This document shows positions 37,278 through 48,600 of a stretch of 64,000 bases of DNA, in pieces; position 1 is the stretch's first letter, and each line of letters opens with the position of its first letter. Below the pieces are notes generated by a model, which ran no database searches, was not told the DNA's origin, and saw only the letters and a program-made list of their open reading frames with translations. The DNA is taken from positions 18,744,341 to 18,808,340 of the forward strand of contig NC_083409.1 of NCBI RefSeq assembly GCF_020745735.1, given 5' to 3'. Both the position numbers and the translations under genes were made by a program. Origin of the DNA: Hemiscyllium ocellatum (taxonomy: Eukaryota).

Positions 37278-37805
37278 AGTGTTTGAGACAGTCCACAGAG
37301 GAGACACAACTTCAAATAGAACAGGGCTGAGCTGATAGGTCAAAGGTCATTGTCAGCACTGAATTTCAACTCTCTTCCTTCTCAGGACTGGCTTGGAGAT
37401 ACTTCTGAGCTTCAGGGGTTAAGGCTGGTCGTTGGGATAGTGTAGAGAAAACTTTACTCTTTATCTAGTCCCATGCTTTCCCTGACCTGGATGTGTTTGA
37501 TGGGGACAGTGTTAACTTGCGATGTGAAGTAAAACCTCTCCGAAGATGCTAAAGACTGTCAGCTGTGCAAAAACAATGTGAACCTCAAAAGTCTCTGTTT
37601 CAGTAAAACAGACCTCCTTTCTGCTCAGCCGCCAGTTCCAATTTAAGGTTTTGTCACTGTTTAAAGGGACAGGATTCTCATGTTATTGAGAAAATCTCCA
37701 CAAGTGTTTTCCTCAAGCTCCATTGTGGCTGTGAATTTGTGCAGCTTCCTCTGTCTGGGCTGTTAATTGCAGTCTGTTTTCTGTCAATGTCAATCTGGAA
37801 AAGGG

Positions 37806-37850
37806 AATAAAGATGAAGAAGATTCAGTCTCTGTCTCGTGTGTGCTTTGG
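37806..37850 (+). terminator. Polyadenylation signal of the C exon with GU-rich downstream element
   Basis: AATAAA 37806-11 followed by GTCTCTGTCTCGTGTGTGCTTT. Conserved in the pseudo-C copy (AATAAA 60866-71). Confidence 0.75.
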
Positions 37851-40800
37851 GAATGGCCAGAGCTGAGTCCTCAGGGATAGGTGTACGAAGTGAAAAGCTC
37901 CACCCCACCCCCAGGTATGGAGCAGGAAGGTGAGAATAGAGGGGTAATGGGGAACACAATAATCTGATGGGAATTCCCCTGAACACCAACACATCCTTTC
38001 AGCACAGCAAGATCCCGAGCCAAGCAGTTCAGTTCGCATTTTATTGATCAATTTGACCAGCAGGATCTTACTACCCAGAATAACAATACCACAGGGTTTG
38101 CAAAGTAAATATTCCATACAGCATTTGATTTGTATTTGGAGAGAATGTGCAAAATCCACATAGATATTCTCCTGAGGCAGGGATCGAACGCAGATCCCTG
38201 GCACTATGAAGCCGCAGTGCTAACCACTGAGCCACCTTGTCACCCACTATACTAACTTGATCCATCCCTGGAACAAAATATTCTGATGGCAATTCCCCCT
38301 CCACACCAACCCATCCATCAGGGACAGCAAGATCCTGAGCCAAGCAATTCAGATCAGGGTCACTGGGGACACTCTATTGATCAATATGATCAGCAGAATC
38401 TTGGAACTCAAAATAACAATTCCACAGGGTTTGGGTAATAAATATTCCATAAATTAGACCTGGGTTTTCTTTACTCTTCAAATGAGATGGAATTGCCCCG
38501 TGTGTCCCTGGAGTCAGATTGAGAATGTTCAGTCTGGGAGTCATGGCTGGGCGGGGTACAGTCAATGATAAACTGGTTCCACTTTCTGCTGTCATATTCT
38601 GTAGCCCCTGGACCATCTCAGTGACAACCATCCAGGGCTCAGGGTGGATTCCAGAGCAGCTCATTGTCCTGACTGTTGTGTTCCTCAGTCCACACGTGGC
38701 TCCAGCAATCTCACTCCATGGTTCTCGTATCAGTGGGAACCATGGGGCTGAAATCTTATCCAAACAGAATCTCACACAGCAAGGAGGCTGCTGTAGGATC
38801 AGAAACCCCTTGGATTCAGTCCCAGATTCCACTGTGGCTCTTTCATCAAACACAGCATTAGCACACTGACACCACATTCAGAGGGCAATCCTGAGATGGG
38901 GCAAGTTTGGTTCTTGATTCCAATGTGAGGAAATGGGGGCTGGGTGTGAAATGTCTAGTCTGAAACTGGTGGGGGTACTTTATAATGAAGAATAGAAACT
39001 GATTTCAGGATAAAGTCAGGTGTTGATGGGAGTGAGGAATATCTCAGTGATCTGTCTCCAGAATCCACAGCCTACACACATCCTTCTGTCAGACCCTGAA
39101 GTCTGAGAAAGCAGCTCATCGACATCCAATATTTCTCCAACCTTCCCAGAAAAGGTGAAATATTCTCTGTCTGAGTGATTCCCTGGGCAGGGCATTTTAA
39201 AAAGGGCTGTGGGAAAGGAACCATTGGCTCTCAATGACAAAGCCAATGGAAGGATGTGGAGCTGACACTGTGAAACGTAAGGGCGCAGAGGATGACACAA
39301 GAAGCAATTCAATGTTGTCACTCTCTCCTTTGGTAATAATTGGTTTTCCCTCATAATGTGCTCTCTTGTATTTGATCCACCTGTCTTTCTTGCTTTGCTT
39401 CTTTTGACTTGAGTCTGTGGATAGTTCCATCAAAACCCAATCTCCTCACACTCATCCTGGCCCCTGAAGAGATTGGTTAGAGAAGACTGAATTACAGCAA
39501 GTGACACAGATATTTCTTATCTTACCACATTGAATCAAACCATTGAGCCCATTAATCTTCAAAACAGATTCCAGCATTAAAGTCACATTTGTTGGTTATA
39601 AAAGTAACGTATTTCTCAGGCTGAAAGAAGGAAGCTTCAGACTGAGAAATGATCTAACTTAACCCTGATCCTGAGCATTGGCAAGTAGAACTAGATTGCG
39701 TTGGGATATCTGGTCAGCGTGGACAAGTTGAACCGAAGGTTCTGTCTCTGTGCTGTCTCTATGACTCTAATAGCACGACAGAACAAAGTGATATCAATTA
39801 GCACCAGAATAAATACAGGGCAGCCTATATCCTGCAGTTGGCACTCAGTGCAGCTGGCACAGAGGGGGATGCTGGGAAGTTTGGTCAATGTGGGAGTTCA
39901 GTGAACTGACTGTCACTTCAGCTGATGGGAGCCTGCACATGCACTTGGTTTGAAAATAGCAAAATAATAAACAAGGGGATAGGAGTCTGTTGACCAGATC
40001 AGCTGGGAAGAGCTTTGTGTAAGGAACCATATAAATAGTATGCTTAGGAAACCTCAAATAGGGAAATCCTAGAAATGAAAAGTAGTGAAACATTGATCCA
40101 GAGACTGAGGACAATTACTAGTTTCATGAAAGAATTGATTTCTTTCATTTGTAAGTGGGATCAGCATTTGTTCATTAAACTGAAATGATTCAGGGTAAAT
40201 ACATCTGTAGTGACTGTATAAATCTACAGCAACTCCCACTCAGGGGGTTTGGATTGGAAGCTGAGTTGTAAGAATCCTGATACATCAGGGAGGGTCAGAG
40301 CTACCTGGAGACTTTGTTCCAGATGGAAGGTGTAAGCCTCAGGACTGGGCAGTCCGATTCCATGTTAGTAAGGGGCAGGAGGGTATGACCCAAGAGGGGG
40401 TCAGATAAGGGTTTGGAGAATACAGTGGGACAGGAAAACCCCCCACTCTTTGAAACTCCAGTGAGATCAAGGCCAGCCTTTCCGATCCTTCCTCACCACA
40501 CAGCCCCCTCATACTCAGTCAGATAAAACTCCTCTGAAACACTTCCAATGGATTTATATTCTTTCTGCAATTAGGAGACCAAAAGTTCATACAAACCTTG
40601 AGATGTCCAGGAGGAACTGAACCATCACACTCTCACTTTCAGATCCCTAATCACACCTGCTCTTACTTTGCACCAGCCTTGTTACTGTCCATCTCTCATT
40701 GTCATGTACACAGTGGCGCTGAGCTGCTTTCTCGAACTGTTACAGTCTGTGTGCTGTAGGTAGACCCACAATGTGCGGAGGAAGGGAATTCCATGAGCCT

Positions 40801-42359
40801 GACCCAATAACAATGTAGGAACAGCGATATATTTCAATGAGGGGAACTTGCAAAGAGTGGTGTTCCTGTGTATCTGCTACCATGTCCTTCTTGATGGACG
40901 TGGTCATGGGTTTGGAAGGTGCTCTCTCAGGATCTTTGCTGAACCTCTGCAATGTATCTTGTAGATAGTGCTCACAGCTGTTACTGAGGGTCAGTGTGGA
41001 GGCAATGTCGATGTGGTGCCAATCAAGCGGGCTGAAATTTGATAAACAAGATTTAAATAAAATAAAATAACATAAAACAGGTTAAAATGAAATAAAATCA
41101 TCAAAAACTGTGGCTTCTTTTTGATAAAACATCACTGAATCCAAAACATTATTACCTCCTCTCTCTAATGTGGCTGCACCTGTTCCCTTTCTCCAGCATC
41201 TTGTTTTATTTGAGATTTGCTGTATTTTACTCTTGTATCTGTTTTAATACCATTGGTTATAAGAGAAGCATTGGTCAGCACAGTGGGGAGAGTTTCCGTG
41301 AGATGGTCACAAAGCCCTTATATTCACGTCGACCTGAGAGGGCAGTGGTTTAACCGATCATCCAGCAGATGGCATCTTTACCTTTGCCAGCCTCAGGATA
41401 GTTCTCCAGTGTCTGGAGTGGGGCTTGAAACCTGCAGGTTCAGGTGACGGTGTTACCACTGAGGCCGTCTATTCTTTCCTGGGATGTGGGAGTCACTGAC
41501 AAGACCAGCATTTGTTCCCCATCCCTAACTGCCCTGAAACTGAGTGGCTTGCTCGGCCTTTCAAATGGCAGGTAAGGGTCAGCCACATTGCTGGAGTCCT
41601 GGCAGAGTCAGACATCTACAACAGGTCTACAAGAACAAGGCCCTTCGGCCCAATGAGCCAAAGCCAGTCAAAACAACCATCTCACTATTCTAATTCCATG
41701 TTCCAGCAGTTGGCCCGCAGCCCTGTAAACCTTGGCATCACAGCTGCACATCAAAGTACATCAATGTTATGGGAGAGCTTCTGCCTCAACTACCCTTACA
41801 GAAAGCAAGTTACAAATTACCACCACCTTCTGCATGAAAGCGTGTTTCCTCACATTCCCTCTTAATCTTCTGCCATTTCCATTAAATCTATGCCCGCGGT
41901 CATTGATCATGAAATAACTCCACATCATCAAGTCACCCTTTATTTACACATCAACCATCCTCGACTGTAATGTCTCATATAGAGTTAGGCACCAGAGGCA
42001 CAGGGTCCCTAACACCCAACCTGTTTGATGTCAGTAAGTCATCTCCCTGTTATATCCTTGTAAAGATTCGAGCTTTTCTTGTGAAACTCCTTTGGGATTT
42101 TTTCATGGCACAGAGTCTTCCACACACTCCCATCTCTCTTGATGCTCACCCTTGTCTGGTTAATTCTTCCCATTTCCTTCTCTTCTTTCAGTTCATTCCA
42201 TTTCAGAAAGTCTGTGATATTTCCACGGATGATGTGTACTTGAAACCGCCATAGAGAAGCTCCTGTGAAGAAGCACTTCAATAGAAGGAAGGCTGATATT
42301 TGCAGGAAGCCTGGACTGTGTCCTTGTGAACCTTTTCCAAACATTTCCATGTGATCTGT

Positions 42360-43880
42360 CAGCTTCCTTCAACTCTTCCCATTTCCTCCAAATCCAGTGG
42401 GTGGCCATGGGTCCCAGCTATGTCTGCTTGTTGTCGGCTACAACAAACAACACCTCACCAGTACATGCACAGGCACCGTTCCCCAAATCTTCCGCCATTA
42501 CATCAGTGACTGCATCAGTGCTGCATCCTGCAGCCAGGCTGAACTGGAGCTGTTCATCAACTTTGCTAAGAACTTCCAACCTGCCCTTAAATTCACGTAG
42601 TCTATCTTGGACAAATCCCTCTCCTTTCTTGACCGCCCCATTTCCATCTCCGGTGACAGTCTAGGAACAGACATTTACTGTAAATCCACAGACTCACACA
42701 ACTACCTGGTCAACACCTCCTCCCAACCAGTATCCTGCAAGAACACCACCCCGTTTTCCCAATTCTTCCATCTCCGTAATATCTGCTCGAACGAGGAGAT
42801 GCTCCCCTCCCAAGTGTCCCAGATGTCCACTTATTTTGAACAATGTACTTTTCCCACCTCTGCCATCCAGAAAGCCCTCCACCACACCTCCTCCATTCTC
42901 TGCTCCCCAAATCTAAACACTCCCCTCCAAAATGCAATAGAGACAGGGTCCCCCTTGTCTTCACCTTACGTCCAATCAATCTCCGCATCCAACGTATCAT
43001 CCTCAAACAATTCTGACAACTCCAGCTCGACCCCACTATCAAGAACATCTTCCCTTCCCCACCCCTCTCTGCCTTCCACAAGGACTGTTCCCTTTGCCAA
43101 TCCTTGGTTTTCACCACACTTCACACCTACCCTCTCCTCCCCCAACAAAACCCTGGTACCTTCCCCTGCAACTGTAAAAGATGCAAAACCTGCCCACACA
43201 CCAAACCCTGTCATTTCCATCCAGGGCCCCAGTCCTTCCAGGTCAGACAGAGGTTCACCTGCCTCTCCTCCAACCTAGTTTATTGTATCCGGTGCACCCG
43301 TTGTGGTCTTCTCTGCATCGGTGAGACCAAACGTAAACTAAGGACATGTTTTGATGAGCATCTCAGCCAGGCTCACAAAGGCTGACCTGGCCTCCCAGTC
43401 ACTGCCTATTTCAATTCCCCTTCCTATTCCCTCTCTGACATGACTATCCTCTGCCTCCTCCATTACCATAAGCAATCAGACTGCAAATTGGAGGAACAAA
43501 TAATTATCTTTTGCCCGGGGTTGCTTACAACCCAGAGGAATCAACATTGAGTTCTCCAGTTTCAAAAAGCCTGCCTTTCCCAACTTTCGACTCCCTTTCC
43601 AGTCCCCCTCCTCCATTCTATTCCACTTACGGACCCTCCCTTCCAGCCACCAAATGGATTCATTCCTCCCATCGACTAAGCACTTCCAACCCTCTACCTG
43701 TGTTCATCCATCAATACCTTCCACTCCACCATTCCCCTCCACCCACGCAAACAACCGATCCCACCTTGATTTGCAGCTCCCCTTACCCCCACCTGCAGTT
43801 CTGAAGAAGGGTTATACCCGAAATGTTGACTGCTCCACCTCCAGATTCTGCCTGACTTGCTGTGTTCTTCCAGCCTCCTG
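42360..43880 (+). mobile_element. Penelope-like element (PLE) 3' part: RT C-terminus, GIY-YIG endonuclease and 3' repeat
   Basis: RT-like IFRHYISDCI..ELELFINF, and GIY-YIG region TFPCNCKRCKTC..NLVYCIRCTRCGLLCIGETKR. Frameshifted. Other 3' ends lie at 49280-49570 (-) and 53500-53740 (+). Confidence 0.88.
43795..43833 (+). ncRNA. Minimal type-I hammerhead ribozyme motif, near-intact
   Basis: GCAGTT-CTGAAGA-A-GGGT(TAT)ACCC-GAAA-TGTT-GACTGC. It has a 6-bp helix I, and the helix III CpG has decayed. Confidence 0.7.
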
Positions 43881-44721
43881 TAAGCCTCCATCCCAGCCTG
43901 GTAACGATCTCGGACACTGGAAGGAAATGCCCAGGGCGCAGGTTAACGTGGTGCAAAAAGCCTTTCAGCTGAAGCTTCAGTGTTTGCCTTCAGTGTGGAT
44001 TTTCAGTTACTGATTTACTCCCCTGTTATGTGACAGGAAGAGAGAACACTTGTTGGTGCAGTGTTTATTTTTAATCATCCCAGGATATTTAAAGCTGCCT
44101 GCACAGTGCAATCACCTTCACAAGACAAAATGCTGAGGTCCCAAAATCAGCAAACGAATGATGAGACAAATCCTTTTGGTGGCATTAGTTGAATATTGAG
44201 CAGGATACCTGAGGGAATCTCTTCAGAATGGGATCTTGTTGAGCCCCCTGAGGTGGAGGGATTGGGGTCTGGATGGTGCTGGTGGGGCTTTAAATGAACA
44301 TCCCATACATAACATTGTGTCAGAGTTCACTGCAGTCTCAGCCTGGATTCTGTGCTCTCATTTCTGAGGTGGCTTTCAATGCAATGACCATTTGACTCTG
44401 AAGCAGGAGCATTGCCCATGGAGTCACCGTCAGTAACAATGTAAACTGTGTAGCTCTGAAAGGATATCATCTCATTCATCAAATCTGTTTCTGCCCCTCT
44501 GCAGGCTGACCAGGCTGCCAGTGCCTTTCCAATACTCCCAGGTTTTCCCATGTGCCACAGCTCATTCTCCTGAAGGATAGTTTACTCAGAGTCAAAAAGT
44601 GTGGTGCTGGAAAAGCACAGCAGGTCAGGCAGTCGTGCTCAGGCCGAGGACATGACCTTGTCCCTCTGTCAGATTCTCTTCAAGAAACTCATGGCAGTTA
44701 GGGAAGGGCAACAGCAAGGAG

Positions 44722-45031
44722 AGAGATTAGATTAGATTACTTACAGTGTGGAAACAGGCCCTTCGGCCCAACAAGTCCACACCGACCCGCCGAAGCGCAA
44801 CCCACCCATACCCCTACATTTACCCCTTACCTAACACTACGGGCAATTTAGCACTGCCAATTCACCTGACCCGCACAGCTTTGGACTGTGGGAGGAAACC
44901 GGAGCACCCGGAGGAAACCCACGCAGACACGGGGAGAACGTGCAAACTCCACACAGTCAGTCGCCTGAGGTGGGAATTGAACCCGGGTCTCAGGCGCTGT
45001 GAGACAGCAGTGCTAACCACTGTGCCACCGT
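44722..45031 (-). mobile_element. Full-length HE1-like tRNA-derived SINE
   Basis: Minus strand: A box TGGCACAGTGGTT, B box GGTTCAATTCC, and a CR1-like 3' tail ending in AATCT-type repeats. Partial copies at 49-115, 6375-6530, 38130-38236 and 61535-61805. Confidence 0.9.
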
Positions 45032-47067
45032 GGTGGGGACGCATCGCTGCAAGTGCTGTACTCTGCAGTTTGGTGACCCACTTTGATAGCTGTTTGTTCA
45101 ATCTTTGAGTGCAATTCATTTTTTTGCTGATCCCAGCGTCAATCCAAAGGACTCTCCACCTTTCAGTCTGACAAACCAGGTTCACCCATGTCATGGCTCT
45201 GTTTCTGACCGAGAGTCCAGTCTTTCAAAGAGATGAATTCAAGCCTCACCAGTTTGATCATTTTAATTTTACATCATTTCTCCTGATTTCTCCCGGGATG
45301 GGGCGGGCGTTGACGTGTTGGTTATTGGTTGCCTTCCCCTAATTGTCCTGGAGAGGGCGGTGGTGAGCCATGTAATATCTGGAAAGGAAGGCGCTGGAAT
45401 TTGTACAAAAAAAGACATGAAATTCAATGTGATGTTCACAAATGTTCTTTTGGCGAGGGTGCCTGGTCTGTGACTCCTGCCCCACTGTGACATGATCCAT
45501 TTTTAATGACCCCATGATCTGGCTCAGCAAAGAACTTCGTCCAAGCAACTGGGGGTGGGCAATATTTATGAAGCTTGCCAATGATGAAGCAGAAATAATA
45601 ATGAGAAGGAATAATGCAGCTCCTTGCTCTCTGCCTTTTAGCCTCTGAGCCAGCACACTCTCACCGTTCTGGGTTTCTAATCCTCTAACATTAATTCATT
45701 AAAGTGTGGGAATATAGGAAGAGGTTTTATTTTGAACTATAAGGTCTCTTTTCTCCGTGACTCTCTCCTTTTCAACCCCCTACAATCCTGTCACCAGATG
45801 CTTGTGCTGACAGCCTTGTTGTGCAGAGTGAAAGCTCTCGGTGTTCTCTGAGGCCTCACTGCCTTGTGTCTGTCTCCACTGCAACATAAGGCAAATGACG
45901 TGTTTCTGAAACCCTGTTGAAATTAAAAGCCAGCAAAGAAAATGACTGCAACTAGAATTGAGTTGGTCTTGTTCAAAAAAATAATTTTCATTTTAAAATT
46001 ACATTTTTGTCAGTGAGTGACAAAGGAAAGATGGGGGTCCAGGATTGCTGCAGCCTCTGTCAGAACATAGGGCCCAGGAGCAGGAGCAGGCCTTTTGGGA
46101 GCTGCTGTGCCAATGAAGAAGATCACTACTCATCTGGTTATGGTCTCGCCCGTACTTTCTGCTTCCCCACCCCCTCCCATTATCCTTAATTGCCTTGTTC
46201 ATCAAAAAGTCTGTCGACTGTAACCTTGTGCCAACTCCATGAGTGAACCTCCATCCCCATGTAGAGAAGAGAATTCCACAGACTATCAATCCTCAGCAAG
46301 AAAACCCCTCCTTCCCTTTAAACTGGAGACTGGTTTGTGTTAAACCGGCCCTCCAGTCCTCGTCTGCCCGATAACAGGATCCACCCTCTCAGTATCCAGC
46401 CTGTGATATCACCTTCAGATCAGAAACTGGTAATGAGAAAGAACAGGTTACATCAGTGAGACTTTTCCCCAGAGGTGATGAACAGTGTTGATGTAAATTG
46501 TTTTTTCCAGTCCCAGAGTCCAGAACAAGAGGGTTGTTAAAATTGTAATTCAGACGATTTCAGGAAAATTTCTTTCTGACAGAGTGATGGAAATCTGGAA
46601 CCCTCAATCCAAAATAAAAAGCTGTTGAGGTTGGGTTTCAATATCCATTTACTCAGGGCAGTACGGTTTACAGGACAAAGGGAGAATGTATTCCAGGTCA
46701 GCCATGGCCTGATTAACTGGGGAACTAGGTCAAAGCAACTGATTGGTCATTCCCACTGGAATCCACTGGAATGACTACTGGTGTGTTTGCAGCTAATGGA
46801 AGGAGTCATTACCCATAGTCTTCAGCAGCTGTGCAAGTCCTCCATAGTAACTAGAAAGCAGCTGTTTCACTGTGCCTGAACAATACAAAGTCAGAGGACA
46901 CACTACACCAGGTTCTAGCCCAACTGATTCATTTGAAATCACAAGCTTCTGAAGCGCTGCTCCTTTATCAGGTGTACCCCAGTCCACCATCGACATTTCC
47001 ACATTACTGAACAGTCCAAATAAACTGGGGCTCTGTGAGGATCGAACCAGCTGGATCTGTACAAACG

Positions 47068-47101
47068 AGGAGAGAGAGAGAGAGAGAGAGAGGGAGAGAC
47101 A

Positions 47102-47150
<49 letters not shown>
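47068..47150. repeat. (GA)n microsatellite
   Basis: Read directly. Further CT/CA tracts at about 520-575, 1080-1110 and 9455-9483. Confidence 0.95.
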
Positions 47151-47153
<3 letters not shown>

Positions 47154-47559
47154 ATCTTTTGAACCAGGATACCTAATTGCACCACAATAAAAATGCTCTG
47201 CATGCTGTGATATATCAAAAATAAGCACTTTGGTGTAACTTTTGATTGTCCTCACAGTGTGCTATTTTATTCATGATGTGATACACGGAGACTATGTCAA
47301 CGTTGGGTGGCAAAAAGTATATTTTCTCCACTAATCCCTTTCCAAAAAGCGCTCTCCATCTTGCTTTAATCCTTATTGACTCTTCTACAATTGCCTCTAT
47401 TTCCTCACTCCTTTCCGGTCCCAAAGGAACATATGGACAGACGTCATGACCCCACTCTGTCTTAAATTTCATGTGTAGTGTATTGGAGCTTGGGCCCCTC
47501 CCTCAGGCCCAGGTGTAGGGGCCTGTTCAACAATCTGCACATTGTCCTATGTCTCTTTC

Positions 47560-48600
47560 TGAATGAACTGGATCAAGTTGCAGTAACGATCTGGCAACAA
47601 GGTGTCTTGTCTAAAATGTTCCCAGCATTGGATACAGAACTGGCTGTGTCAGAGGAGACAGAGGGTAGTGATGGAAGGATGGATTTCAGAATGGAGGGCT
47701 GTGTCTTGTGGGGTTTCACAGGGATCAATGATGGTACCTTTGCTGTCCATGGTCTCCATAAGTGATTTGGACGAAAACATGGCTAGTCTAATTCATGAGT
47801 TTGTGGATGCCACAAAGATTGCTGGAGTTGCAGTTAATGATCAGATTATCAGAGGATACAGCAGGACATAGATCAATTGGACGCATGGATAGAAAATGGC
47901 AGATGAAGTTTAATCCAAATAAATGTGAAATGATGCATTTTGAAAGATGAAGCACGTGGCAGAATACCTGCACAGTGAATGGCAGAATCCATTGGAGTAT
48001 TGAAATGCAGAGGGATCTGGGTGTACATGTTCACAGATCACTGATGGTGGCAGCACCTAAGGTAGTAAAAAAGGCAATGGCAGGCTTGGCTACATTGGGA
48101 GGAGCACTGAGTATTAGGATAGACAAGTTATACTGCAACTTTACTGAACTTTAGTTTGGCCATACTTGGAATATTGCATATGGTTCTGGTCACCATGACC
48201 AGAAGGATGTGGATGCTTTGGAGAGGGTACTGAAAAAATGTACCAAGAATGCTGTCTGATATGAGGGATTTTCCCAGGGTAGAGGGGTCAGTTACTAGGG
48301 GACACAGGTACAAGGTGTGGGAGGGGGTGGGTGGGTGCAGTGGGGAATTAAAACAGATGTGTGAGGTAAGTATTTCACACAAACGGTGGTGAGGGCTGGA
48401 ACACGCTGCCAGTGGAAGTGGTGGAAGCAGACACAATAGCAGCATTCAAGAAATACCTGGATGAATACACGGAAAAGAAGGGAATAGAGGGATATGAATC
48501 CTGTAGGTGAATACAGTTTCGGTGAGGAAGGGCAAAATGTGTCAACACAGGCTGGGAGGGCCGAAGGGCCTGTTCCTGTGCTGTATAGTTCCTTGTTCTT
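47560..48600 (+). mobile_element. CR1 RT/3' fragment shared with the inverted arm (50780-51880 on -)
   Basis: Both copies share the flanks beyond each end of the element, so this is one ancestral insertion that was duplicated. Confidence 0.8.

Noticed and set aside
38798-38836. Kde-like RSS at CACTGTG 38830 within the 98% tract
   Set aside because: No nonamer-like sequence at 12 or 23 bp.
38374-38877. 167-aa and 118-aa ORFs shared by the two arms (MWCQCANAVF..)
   Set aside because: The similarity follows from near-identical DNA. There is no recognisable domain or splice structure, and the second copy is frameshifted and truncated.
44960-45031. tRNA gene
   Set aside because: The A/B boxes belong to the SINE head and continue into SINE body and a LINE-like tail. 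No cloverleaf is evident.
45885-45905. Second Ig promoter (AGGCAAATGACGTG: 7/8 octamer plus CRE-like)
   Set aside because: No TATA, leader or V exon follows on either strand.
47253-47260. RAG-mediated origin of the 5.66-kb arm indel (CACAGTG at the breakpoint)
   Set aside because: The junction lies on the 3' side of the heptamer and removes it. RAG cuts 5' of CAC, and there is no nonamer.
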